IMG/VR virus record: IMGVR_UViG_3300033076_000920
Span: 1-58,059 of that record
DNA length: 58,059 nt
Source of the DNA: a virus
Lineage: Duplodnaviria; Caudoviricetes
Reading direction: 5' to 3' (one strand)
Shown: positions 35,370-44,330 of the stretch, one piece after another
How positions within the stretch are numbered: the stretch's first letter is position 1
Layout: every line of letters begins with the position of its first letter
The notes under the pieces: generated by a model
Seen by the model: the letters and a program-made list of their open reading frames with translations, nothing else
Database searches by the model: none
Told to the model about the DNA's origin: nothing
Program-made: the position numbers and the translations under genes

Positions 35370-36452
35370 TCAGGCCGAGCGGACCGAGACCACGAAGCGG
35401 TTGTCGGCGAGGCCGAATGCGGCGTACATGAGCCACACCACGAGCACCTGTTCGCCGTAGTTGTCGTTCGTGTTCGGCATCACGCGCGGCAGGTCGCCGA
35501 TGGCCGAGAGCAGCACGCCCGGACCGAAGGCGTGGCCGTATTGCACGGGCACGCTCGAGCTGTTCAGCGTGGTCGAAAGCGTCTGGCTCTTGTAGATGCT
35601 CAGACGACCGATCGACTTGTAGTAGCTCTTCGCGAGCAGGGGGTTGGCCGGCGGCTCGAACACCGCGAGGCGTTGCGCCGACGGGTCCACCATGAGCTGC
35701 TGGATCTGCAGCGGCGTGAGCACGCAGATGTACTTGCCATCGCCGAAGGTGGGGATCTTCGCGTCCTCGAGCGTGCGCTCCACGCGGGTGAGCTGCTCAA
35801 AGTCGAGCGGGAACGAGTTAGCGGCGAGCGCATCGTTGGGCGCGCTCATGCCGGTGGGGTACACAGCCGACGACGCCTGGTCGAGCAGGGCCACGAGCCA
35901 CGAGTCGATCGACTTGTCGAAATCGCGCTTGAGGTAGTGGCCGACGAGCTCGGACACGTTGTGGATCGCGCGGGTCGCATCGAAGCGATCCACGCCGTAG
36001 GGCTGCACGCTCGAGGCGCCGTAGGGGCCGGCGTAACGCTGGATGGTCAGCGGCACCTGCTCCATGGAGATGTTGAGCGGCGTGGTCGAGATGGTCGCGC
36101 CGGCCGCGATGGTGCGGCTCGTGAGGGTGTACGTCGAGTCGGTGTAGAACGGGCGGTTGATGCGCACCGTGTGACCGACGCCGGCGCCGAGCTCGGGCAC
36201 GACCTTGATGGTCTGCGAGCTGACGGCATCGTCGAGCACGAGGCGCATCGACTCGATCGGAGGCACAGCCGCGCCGGTCTGGAGCAGCTGACGACCGGGG
36301 AGGCCGAGGCCCGCGGGCTGCGGGAGAGCGGCGCCGAGCGCGCTCTTCCACATCTGGGCATACATGTACTGAGGCTCGGGCTGGATGAGGAGCATCGCCG
36401 ACGTGATGTCGAAGAACTCCTCGGGAAGAGACGCGCGAGAGATGACGGGCAT
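35370..36452 (-). CDS. Major capsid protein
   Basis: 360 aa after the scaffold; G.TV.I, L....IP...G.Y...L.P.Q...L..D and D.YG.....W motifs; strong codon bias. Confidence 0.85.
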   Translation of the reverse strand: MPVISRASLPEEFFDITSAMLLIQPEPQYMYAQMWKSALGAALPQPAGLGLPGRQLLQTGAAVPPIESMRLVLDDAVSSQTIKVVPELGAGVGHTVRINRPFYTDSTYTLTSRTIAAGATISTTPLNISMEQVPLTIQRYAGPYGASSVQPYGVDRFDATRAIHNVSELVGHYLKRDFDKSIDSWLVALLDQASSAVYPTGMSAPNDALAANSFPLDFEQLTRVERTLEDAKIPTFGDGKYICVLTPLQIQQLMVDPSAQRLAVFEPPANPLLAKSYYKSIGRLSIYKSQTLSTTLNSSSVPVQYGHAFGPGVLLSAIGDLPRVMPNTNDNYGEQVLVVWLMYAAFGLADNRFVVSVRSA

Positions 36453-36498
36453 GGTTCAGTCCTCCACAGCCCGAGCGACAGTGCCGGGCATGATCTGG

Positions 36499-37170
36499 CT
36501 ACTTCTGCGGATAGATCTCGGTGCGATACGCCGCGAGGTAGTGCGCGGCGAACACCGGGTTTTGCGCTCGGAGTCGATCGTACTCCGCGCGATGGTCCAC
36601 GAGCTGTGCCGCCGTCGTTGACGCTGGCTGGCTCGTGGCGGCGCTGGTAGACGCAGGGGCGACTCGCGGTGCCGCTGCGGGCGTTGGCGCTGCTGTGGGC
36701 GCCGTAGAGGCCGCTGCAGCCGCTGCCGCTGCCGCTGCTTGCCACGTGGGCCGCAGGGCAGTGATGGCGCGCAACTGCGCGGCCTTGTCGTCACCGGCGA
36801 GCGACGTTACCGCCGCGCGCTGGGCATCGGTGAGCGTTGAGAGCTCGACCTCGGCGCGCTGCGAAAGCACGCCCTCAAGCTGCTCTGCACGCTTGGCTGC
36901 GGCCTCGAGAGCGACGGTGCGCTCGGTGAGCCGCTGCAGTTCGGTCTTGCGCTCGTCCTCCAGCTTGCGGGCTGCCTCGAGCTGGGCCTTGGCCTTGTCG
37001 AGGTTTTCCACGCCGAGCATGCGCGCGATATCGTTCATCGCTGCGGCCTTGGCGCGCTCGAGGCGCGCGTTGAGCCACGACGGGTCTGGCTGCTCGGCTG
37101 CGACGGGCGCATCGGGCACGACCTTGACGTCGGCTGGGTTGACGAGTTCTTCCGTGTCGGGCGTTTCCAT
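36499..37170 (-). CDS. Capsid scaffolding protein
   Basis: Acidic coiled coil (KTELQRL) and Ala/Pro linker, upstream of the capsid gene. Confidence 0.75.
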   Translation of the reverse strand: METPDTEELVNPADVKVVPDAPVAAEQPDPSWLNARLERAKAAAMNDIARMLGVENLDKAKAQLEAARKLEDERKTELQRLTERTVALEAAAKRAEQLEGVLSQRAEVELSTLTDAQRAAVTSLAGDDKAAQLRAITALRPTWQAAAAAAAAAASTAPTAAPTPAAAPRVAPASTSAATSQPASTTAAQLVDHRAEYDRLRAQNPVFAAHYLAAYRTEIYPQK

Positions 37171-37240
37171 TCGCTATCTCCTGCCGTGATTGCCGCTCAC
37201 GTGGGCGTTGATTGTGGAGATGCGACCGAGCCTCCTAGAA

Positions 37241-37672
37241 TCAGGAGAGCGAGATCGCGACGATGAGCTGGAAGGGCCGATCCTCGACGCCCGAGGCCGC
37301 GTTGACCTCGGTGCCGCTGCTGTTGGCCACGTTGAACGTGAGGTTCCCGCTGGAGATGGCGAAGTTGCCAGCGAAGAACTCGGTGGACCCCTGGAGGCCC
37401 GACTGCACCATCATCGCGGCGTTGACGTTGGTGGCCGCGGGCAGGCCGAGGGTCACGGTCTTGCCGTCGCGGCGAGCCGCCTGGATGAGCTGAGCGAGCG
37501 TGCTCGAGGTGCTCACGCCGTTGTTGCTGCCGCCGCCGCCGAGCTGACCGTTGTCGCTGGCGGCGGTGTACGCGCCGAGCGTGAACGAGACCAGAGCAGC
37601 GCCCTGCGAGCCGCCGGAAACGGGCTCTTGGATGACTTTGATACCGCGAATCGCACCGTAGATCGTTGCCAT
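37241..37672 (-). CDS. Probable virion structural protein
   Basis: AGGAG RBS, strong codon bias, Gly/Ser/Ala-rich. Confidence 0.55.
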   Translation of the reverse strand: MATIYGAIRGIKVIQEPVSGGSQGAALVSFTLGAYTAASDNGQLGGGGSNNGVSTSSTLAQLIQAARRDGKTVTLGLPAATNVNAAMMVQSGLQGSTEFFAGNFAISSGNLTFNVANSSGTEVNAASGVEDRPFQLIVAISLS

Positions 37673-37708
37673 GTGTCGTGGCTCCTAGTGAGAGAGTGAA
37701 CGAGACGA

Positions 37709-37897
37709 CTAGAGACGCCGACGACGGCGCTCGGGGACGGGGGCAGGCGCGGGAGCTTCCTCGACGGGCTCAGGCGCGATCGCGACAGGCGCAGGCTTTG
37801 GCTCTGCCATCGGCTCCCACGATGCCTCGCCGCACTTGGGGCACGCAGCCGCGTTGCCGCTTTCGATGTGTTTGCAGATCTTGCAACGCTTCATCAC
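37709..37897 (-). CDS. Small zinc-ribbon protein
   Basis: CKIC...CPKCG. Confidence 0.55.
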   Translation of the reverse strand: MMKRCKICKHIESGNAAACPKCGEASWEPMAEPKPAPVAIAPEPVEEAPAPAPVPERRRRRL

Positions 37898-38247
37898 TTC
37901 CGCTCCTGTGCCGCGCGCACCATTCGGCGCAGCATTGTGCGCTCGCGCTTGAGTTGCGCGAACCGCTGTAGCTCGGTCTCGACCTGTGCCAAGCGAGTGC
38001 GCGCCTGTTCGGCCAGATCCATGGCTGAGCTGCTAGCCGATGGATGCGCTACGACCTTCGCAGGCTGACTAGGCGCTTGCGCCGCTGGCTTTGCCTGTGC
38101 CTGCTCACCAGGCATCGTGTCGATAGAGCGCTGCGTCTTGTACGCCTTGCCGCACTTCGTGCAGCAATCGAGGATCTTGATGGCGCCGCCCTCTTGCACC
38201 ATCGCCGCCCCTGCGATGGTGTCGAGGTCGCAGTATTCACAGTGCAT
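37894..38247 (-). CDS. Zinc-ribbon plus coiled-coil protein
   Basis: CEYC...CTKCG; C-terminal heptads. Confidence 0.55.
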   Translation of the reverse strand: MHCEYCDLDTIAGAAMVQEGGAIKILDCCTKCGKAYKTQRSIDTMPGEQAQAKPAAQAPSQPAKVVAHPSASSSAMDLAEQARTRLAQVETELQRFAQLKRERTMLRRMVRAAQERK

Positions 38248-38259
38248 GTTGACCCCTGT

Positions 38260-39075
38260 CTATCGAGTGCCTGCGCCGTACGTGAGGATGACCATGCATC
38301 TGCAGTACGGGTGCACGGGCGGCTCAATGTCGAAGTCTTGATCGGCTGGAATGCGCTTGCCGTCAAGGGCTCTGCATACGCGACATGTTCGCATGTCGAG
38401 CTTAGCCACCCACTCACGCACGGCCTCTGGCGCGACCACCGAGGCCACAGCTTGTGCGCGTCGCATCTCCGCGTTTGCCTGGTCCCACGTCTCCACCGTG
38501 ACGATTCGAGTGACGCCGCCTTGGGTAGCCTCGCGAGCTCGTTCGAGCGCGCCTGCCATGTCTGGCTTTGCCACTGCACCAGGTGGTGGCACTGGTCGGA
38601 ACGGTGCAATCGGTCGAAACGGTGTGCCAGGTGCTGGCATCGGTCGAGATGGTGTTACGATCATCCGAGACGGCTCGACGCGGGTCAGCGCCACGCGGCG
38701 AAAGCGGTCAGTCACCGATGCAACCGCGCGACGTAGCAGCGTCTCAGGCCTGGCCGTGGGCACCATGCGCACGCGAGTTAGAATGCCTCCCACGACGGCG
38801 CTGGCGAGGCCGATGCCGGTAAGGTTGCGCTGCGCTGCATCGATGCCAGCTTTGCTCGAGCTGCGCCGACGAAGTAGCAGATACGCAAGCAAGGCAACCG
38901 CTGCGACTTTGGCTGCGCGGTCAATCTTGGCCTTCGCGGTCTCGGGCGTGTCGCGCCGAGTCACTTCGTACTCTTTGACGATCGATGCGAGCTCTTGCTC
39001 GGCGCCCTGCAGCGTTTCTTCCTCAGCGGCGAGAATCGGTTGCGCTATTCGCGCTGCTTCGCGATCGGAGATCAT
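38260..39075 (-). CDS. Minor head protein (Mu gpF / SPP1 gp7 family)
   Basis: RIV..E, W.A.LD.RTC..C..LDG, PP.HP.CRC. Confidence 0.88.
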   Translation of the reverse strand: MISDREAARIAQPILAAEEETLQGAEQELASIVKEYEVTRRDTPETAKAKIDRAAKVAAVALLAYLLLRRRSSSKAGIDAAQRNLTGIGLASAVVGGILTRVRMVPTARPETLLRRAVASVTDRFRRVALTRVEPSRMIVTPSRPMPAPGTPFRPIAPFRPVPPPGAVAKPDMAGALERAREATQGGVTRIVTVETWDQANAEMRRAQAVASVVAPEAVREWVAKLDMRTCRVCRALDGKRIPADQDFDIEPPVHPYCRCMVILTYGAGTR

Positions 39076-40931
39076 CGCGCACGACGGCGCTTGCTGCCCA
39101 GCGTCTCGGGCCGTTGCGTGCTCGGGATGGGCTCGTCGTCATCCTCGCCAGGCTTGCTCGATGGCGGTGCACCTGGCTCGCTTGGTGGCGCCCCAGGCAC
39201 GCTCGACGGAGGTCCACCAGGCTCGCTTGGCGGCTCGCTATTTGGTGCCTCGTCATCGGCGCCTGCCTCGAGTGCCTTGGCGTTTTGCTTGGCCACCGCA
39301 GCCGCCTCGTGCATGGCTTGCTCGGTGAGCTCGTGCTCCATCTCCTCAGACAACTTCTCGCTGTCGTCGTGCGGGTAGATGTTTTGCAGCTTCTCGAGCG
39401 CGAGGCGCAGCGGAATCACCTGAGCGTTGTAGGCGTCGACGGTCATGCGCACGACCTCGGCCTCGTCCTGTGCGGTAAGCCCGAAGTAGTGGCCCCAACG
39501 TGCGCGGAGCCGCGGCGGCATCCACATTGGCACGCCTGCCACGTCGACCGTAAAGGTGTCGAGGATAGGCATCACGCGCCGCACGCCGTGCACGTAGACC
39601 GAACCAGGCGCGCGCTTCTCCTGCGTGTGCACGACGCGGTTTAGCAGGTTGAGGACTGGGCACATCCACCCGTGCCAAAAGTCTTGCCGCAGCCCGTCCA
39701 CGAAGCTCGTGGTGCGATGGTAGAGAAACGCAAGCGCCTTGCCGCTGATGGCGCCTTTGACCGTCTCGGGGCTTGCCTTGGTGTAGCCAAGCACCTCGCC
39801 GATCTTGTCGCAGATGTCGGCGACGTGGTCGCTGATGCTGTTGAGCGCATCGCCTGGAAGCGATAGCAGGCCGACCTTGGCCTCGGGGTTTTCGTAGCTC
39901 CACACCGTGCCGGCGCCTTTTTTGCGCGCTGGCCGTCCACCCGTGGTCGAGCCGAACACGTAGCCGCTGCCATCCTTTGCGGGGACGATCGCAGCGCGGC
40001 CCATGCCACCAGCTGGTGGCGCTTGCGGGTCCACGCCCGTCTCGTATGCCTGCGGATCGCCGCTGTAGATTGCCGCGCGCCCACGCTGCGAGAGCGAGTA
40101 GTTCAGCGCGTCGAGCTCGTCGAGCTGCGTCCCATGGATCGGGTAGCCGTCGAGGTCGCTCGCGTGCTCGTAGCTCGAGCGCAGCTTGTACCAAACCACG
40201 GGGCAAAAGCCGAGGTTGTGGGTCACGCTCTTGGCTGCGTCCTCTTGCCAGTCAATCTGGCCGAGGCCCATCTGCATCATGTCGACCGGCTTGTACACGA
40301 CGTCGCGCGTCTCATCGATGCGACGCCGGTAGAGCTTGGCGTAGACCATCCATTGGCCCTGGTCGCTCTTCTCATACGAAAAGAACGGGTATTGCACCTC
40401 GAGCGCCTTGATGGTCGAGCCGCTGTCGTCAAACTCTGGCTGACACCACTTTGCGCGCAGGGTGTGAATCGCAGGGCAGCCGTTGACAAGCGCGATCACG
40501 GAGACCGCCGTGCCGCATGCTTCGGCGTTGGCTAGCGCATCGACGCACGCCTCTGGGAAGCATGCGTGCCGCATGAGCAGCCGCAACCATGCCTCGTAGA
40601 GCTGCGCCATCTCGTCGGGCATGCCCTCTCCGAGCAACCGTTCGTCATCATCTGCGGCGGCGCTGATGCCAGGGAATCTCCCTTCGCCGAGTGCAAAGTC
40701 GCAGTGCTGTCGAATCGCAGCCTCCACGACAGAATGCACGATGTTCGGCGCTCGCTCCATGAGCGGCACGTCTTGCTTCGGGTTGAAGAAGTCGGGCAAG
40801 CCCTCGTATTGCTCGCCAACGACGTAGCGCTCGAGCCTGTCGAGCTTGCGATACCGCGGCGAGAGCCACTGTTGCGCAAGTCGCTCGGCTTGCGTGAAGC
40901 CTGCGATGTTGGTGGCGTACAGGCCGTGCAT
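39072..40931 (-). CDS. Portal protein
   Basis: RY..GEQY, HNLGFCPVV, SGKAL motifs; PPSEPG repeats at the C-terminus; start MHGLY. Confidence 0.82.
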   Translation of the reverse strand: MHGLYATNIAGFTQAERLAQQWLSPRYRKLDRLERYVVGEQYEGLPDFFNPKQDVPLMERAPNIVHSVVEAAIRQHCDFALGEGRFPGISAAADDDERLLGEGMPDEMAQLYEAWLRLLMRHACFPEACVDALANAEACGTAVSVIALVNGCPAIHTLRAKWCQPEFDDSGSTIKALEVQYPFFSYEKSDQGQWMVYAKLYRRRIDETRDVVYKPVDMMQMGLGQIDWQEDAAKSVTHNLGFCPVVWYKLRSSYEHASDLDGYPIHGTQLDELDALNYSLSQRGRAAIYSGDPQAYETGVDPQAPPAGGMGRAAIVPAKDGSGYVFGSTTGGRPARKKGAGTVWSYENPEAKVGLLSLPGDALNSISDHVADICDKIGEVLGYTKASPETVKGAISGKALAFLYHRTTSFVDGLRQDFWHGWMCPVLNLLNRVVHTQEKRAPGSVYVHGVRRVMPILDTFTVDVAGVPMWMPPRLRARWGHYFGLTAQDEAEVVRMTVDAYNAQVIPLRLALEKLQNIYPHDDSEKLSEEMEHELTEQAMHEAAAVAKQNAKALEAGADDEAPNSEPPSEPGGPPSSVPGAPPSEPGAPPSSKPGEDDDEPIPSTQRPETLGSKRRRAR

Positions 40932-41371
40932 CAGCGCGTGATGGCCTGGCCGATGATCGTGACGGACTGCGAAGCGCCGGCGCTCGTTCCAGCTCCACCG
41001 TCGAACAGCAGGCGCATCATGTCGCCCCAAGCACCACCGAGGATGGTGTCAGCGGCGAGCGCGGCGTTGAGGCCAGAGCCGATCGTGGTCGCAGCGGTCA
41101 CAGCCGTGGTGCGGTTGACCTGATACGCACGAAGCGATGCGGCAGCGCCCGCGCTCAGCTGCGGGAAGTGCGCGTAGTCATACCAGGTCGTGCCGCCGTC
41201 GTACGAGGTCTGCAGGTATACGTCGAGCGTGCCACCCGTGCCGCCTTGCAAGTTGCCGATGATGGTCAGCGCATCGAAGCCAGACAGGCCACCAACGATG
41301 CCGGTGCTCGCCACGTTGGGCGAAGCCGAGCTCGGGCTGGTGGCGGTGATGGTGACAATCTTCGGGCGCAT
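40931..41371 (-). CDS. Beta-sandwich virion-like protein between terminase and portal
   Basis: LDVYLQTSYDGGTTWYD motif. Confidence 0.6.
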   Translation of the reverse strand: MRPKIVTITATSPSSASPNVASTGIVGGLSGFDALTIIGNLQGGTGGTLDVYLQTSYDGGTTWYDYAHFPQLSAGAAASLRAYQVNRTTAVTAATTIGSGLNAALAADTILGGAWGDMMRLLFDGGAGTSAGASQSVTIIGQAITR

Positions 41372-41374
41372 GAT

Positions 41375-42727
41375 TTATCCCCAGTCAAACGAGCCATCCG
41401 AGAAGCCGGTGGCGCGGTAGGCCTTGGTGTGTAGTGCGTCGAACGCCGCAACGAAGGCGTCGACCTGGTCATCGTGTCGGTCTTTGATGCCTGTGAAGCT
41501 ACAGACCTCGTCGACGAAGTCTCTCAGCCACGGCGCCTCGCGCGGAACGTGAATGCGTTGGCTTGACCACGCCGCCGCTGTCGATGTCGCTCGTGAAAGC
41601 TTGTCCATCTTGGCCGGATCGGGCCGAAACGGTATGCCCTCGCGGCGCAGGAAGTCGACGGTGCCCTTCTCGGTGCCGCCGATGTAGCCATACAGCTTGG
41701 CACCTGGGAAGCGCTCGGTGAGCTCGCGCAGCGTCGCGGCAAACTCGGTTGCCTTGGCCTGCATGCGCCGCACGTCGAGCACGTACCAGGCGTCTAGCTG
41801 TGCGTTGTGCGCCATGACTACCGCGACGCTGTAGTCGGCGTAGCTGCTTTCGCTGTACGCGAGATCGATGCCGATGCTCACGCGATATGTCTCGGGGAGC
41901 TTGTCGTAGAAGGACACGCCCGAGAACAGCTGCCCGCCTCGAGGTCGCGGGCTACCCATGTAGAGCGCCCACCAGTCGTGCTCGCCAACGTCACGGCGCA
42001 CGCGCTCGAGAAACTTGGGCGGACGCTTGTACCAGAGGCTCTTGCCCTCGTCGTCGAGCGCCGGAAGGTTGATGACCTCCCATGCCTGACCCTCTTGTCG
42101 AGCGAGCTCGCCGATGAGGTCGTCGGGATGCCACCTCGTGTGGCATACGATGATGCTCGCGCCTGGGTGCACGCGCGTGAGAGCGGCGCTTGTCCACCAA
42201 TCGCGAATCTTGCCCCGTACAAGCGCGCTGTCGGCCTCCTCGCGGTTTTTGTATGGGTCATCGACGACCAGCACGCCCGAGATGCCGTGGCCTGTCAGCG
42301 GGCCGCCTACGCCGGTAGCGAGCAGTCCACCGCCTGCGTCGGTGCGCCACTCGGCCATGGCTGAGGAGTCGCCGCGGAGCTTGACGCCAGCGGCACGCGC
42401 GTAGTCACGGCAGAGCCTGGAGCGGCTGTGCGCGTAGTCGGCGCCATACGAGGTGAATGCGTTGGTCTTGTCGGGCCTGGCTGCGATGAGCTGCGCAAGC
42501 CCGTGCAGGATACAGAACGTCTTGCCGTGCTGCGGAGGCACCGACACAAGTAGCCGCACCTCCTCGCCGTTGCGGATGCGGTCGAAGGCACGACACAGGG
42601 CGCCGAGGTGCCGAGGCTCCTCGAGCAGCGGCGACACGCGAGGCACGAACTCCGCGAGCGGCAGGCGCCACAACGGCCTATTCGCCGCGCGCTGCACTGC
42701 CCAGGCTTGGAGTAGGGGCGTCGTCAT
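41375..42727 (-). CDS. terL: Terminase large subunit
   Basis: Walker A PPQHGKT, Walker B VVDDP, TRWH.DD, RNase H-like IDLA...DYS and HDDQVDA. Confidence 0.95.
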   Translation of the reverse strand: MTTPLLQAWAVQRAANRPLWRLPLAEFVPRVSPLLEEPRHLGALCRAFDRIRNGEEVRLLVSVPPQHGKTFCILHGLAQLIAARPDKTNAFTSYGADYAHSRSRLCRDYARAAGVKLRGDSSAMAEWRTDAGGGLLATGVGGPLTGHGISGVLVVDDPYKNREEADSALVRGKIRDWWTSAALTRVHPGASIIVCHTRWHPDDLIGELARQEGQAWEVINLPALDDEGKSLWYKRPPKFLERVRRDVGEHDWWALYMGSPRPRGGQLFSGVSFYDKLPETYRVSIGIDLAYSESSYADYSVAVVMAHNAQLDAWYVLDVRRMQAKATEFAATLRELTERFPGAKLYGYIGGTEKGTVDFLRREGIPFRPDPAKMDKLSRATSTAAAWSSQRIHVPREAPWLRDFVDEVCSFTGIKDRHDDQVDAFVAAFDALHTKAYRATGFSDGSFDWG

Positions 42728-42826
42728 GGCGCCGAGAGTAGGAGGGCGCGCACGCGGAGGGGAAACACGGCGCGCCCAGCTGACGAGGGACCGACGCCAG
42801 CACCACGCCCAACGAGGGAGACACGT

Positions 42827-43207
42827 CTAGCTGTGGCGAGCAAGAGCATACGCTGTAGCTTGATCATGAGCAACCGCGTCGAGTGTAGGGCTCGACTCCA
42901 CGCTATCTACCACGCTCGCGAACGTCTGCGCCAGTCGAGCGTTGCGAGTGTAGGCATTCCGATTGACGCCATGAGCTCGGCCCATGCACACGCACCGGCA
43001 GATGTTGCACGCGGCTGCCTTGCAGCGCTTGCCGCATGCGTGAGGCGAAGCCACTGGCGACGCATACACCACGCGCAGCCACCGCAAACACCTCGAGCAC
43101 GTGCGCCCAAAGCCTGGGAGCGGCAGCTGCATGCCGTCGCATGGCGTGGCGTCGTCGAGCTCGGTCACCACGAGCTGGCACGCGTCGCAGTGACCGATGG
43201 CTCTCAC
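42827..43207 (-). CDS. Cys-rich zinc-finger protein
   Basis: CDAC, CSRC, CGKRC..A....CRC.C.G.AHG; GTGA overlap with the upstream gene. Confidence 0.55.
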   Translation of the reverse strand: MRAIGHCDACQLVVTELDDATPCDGMQLPLPGFGRTCSRCLRWLRVVYASPVASPHACGKRCKAAACNICRCVCMGRAHGVNRNAYTRNARLAQTFASVVDSVESSPTLDAVAHDQATAYALARHS

Positions 43208-43701
43208 AGATGCCGCCGCACGAACTCAAGCAAACGAGGCAACGTCTCCTCGCAGGATAGAGGCGTCGTCGAGTCTATGCTTGCTGCTAGGTAGAACATG
43301 CCTTTCCCGCCATCTTCTCGCAGCAGGATGTGGGGCGAGTGCGTGTCGCAGCAGAACACCGTGCCAGGTGTCCACGGGTCATCGTGCTGCATCGCCGCGC
43401 CAGTCAATCGCCAGCCATCGTTGCGCACCACGAGTTGGTGTGTGTACCGAGGATATTTCGGGTCGGTATGGAGCGCGGTGCCGTTGCGCACGCCAATCCA
43501 GTGAGGACCGTTGAGGTCATCGCACGGGCGCGACCACGTCTGCAGACGCTTCGATCTGCCAAATCCAAACGCTATCACCAGCATCGAATCCCATCGCTTT
43601 GTCTCCAGTGCCTTGGCTGGTAGCTCGTCAGTGTGCGAGCGCCACACGACTGGGTGCAAGAGCTGACCTGGCTTGAGTGGCGCGCCTGGCTTCACGTTCA
43701 T
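43204..43701 (-). CDS. Possible 2OG-Fe(II)/cupin-fold enzyme
   Basis: HTD (HxD) plus distal PG......T..PH; ATGA overlap at 43701. Confidence 0.45.
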   Translation of the reverse strand: MNVKPGAPLKPGQLLHPVVWRSHTDELPAKALETKRWDSMLVIAFGFGRSKRLQTWSRPCDDLNGPHWIGVRNGTALHTDPKYPRYTHQLVVRNDGWRLTGAAMQHDDPWTPGTVFCCDTHSPHILLREDGGKGMFYLAASIDSTTPLSCEETLPRLLEFVRRHL

Positions 43702-44330
43702 CCGTAGGTCCTGCGATAGCTCTCGGAGTATCGGTTTGGATTCATGTTGTGACCGTAAAGGCTTTTGACCTCGTCGTGTTGCACGATGGCAGGCCACGCG
43801 CGAAGGTAGCGCAGACCACGAGCCTTGAGCCACGCAGCTGTGCCTGGGTCTGTTGCGTATGGTCGCTCGTTTGATCGCGTAAACTCTAGCATGTATGCGT
43901 TGTGATCCTCGACGAGTTGCACCGGAAACGCGATGGCTTGCGCCATGAGAAACTTTGCGCCTGGAAGCATCTCCCAGTTGCCAGGCGCTGGCAGCTCCTC
44001 GCCTTGCTTGATGCGTCGCCCCGAGTAGAACGACACCATACCAACGCGCTTGTCGGAGTGCGCGGCGCGAATCATCGGCAGCGCATGCGTCTCGAAGTCA
44101 GGCGCAAGGATGGCGTCGTCCTCAAACTGCAGCACCCACAGCGGCGAATCGCATGCACCTCGGTATGCGATGGCGTCGGCGTAGCTCTCGGCCACGCTGC
44201 GCCCCGGTGCATGCGCCGACAGGCCAGCATGCGGCGCAAACCTACGCACGCGCTCGAGCAGTGCGCTCGCGTCTCGCTTGCTTGGCACGGTGCGGATTGA
44301 CACCGCGATGTTTCCCCATTCGATGCTCAT
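43698..44330 (-). CDS. GT-A fold glycosyltransferase-like protein
   Basis: LQFEDDAIL (EDD), VSFY, P.IVQH...S..GH as in GT25-like phage enzymes; ATGA overlap. Confidence 0.65.
   Translation of the reverse strand: MSIEWGNIAVSIRTVPSKRDASALLERVRRFAPHAGLSAHAPGRSVAESYADAIAYRGACDSPLWVLQFEDDAILAPDFETHALPMIRAAHSDKRVGMVSFYSGRRIKQGEELPAPGNWEMLPGAKFLMAQAIAFPVQLVEDHNAYMLEFTRSNERPYATDPGTAAWLKARGLRYLRAWPAIVQHDEVKSLYGHNMNPNRYSESYRRTYG

Noticed and set aside
39160-39245. Repeats at the 3' end of the portal gene
   Set aside because: In-frame PPS(E/V/K)PG low-complexity tail; no sign of a separate element
42755-42795. Second hammerhead (GAAAC ... CTGACGA on the + strand)
   Set aside because: Stem II cannot form (GAGGG against GGGA) and there is no stem III with a UH site
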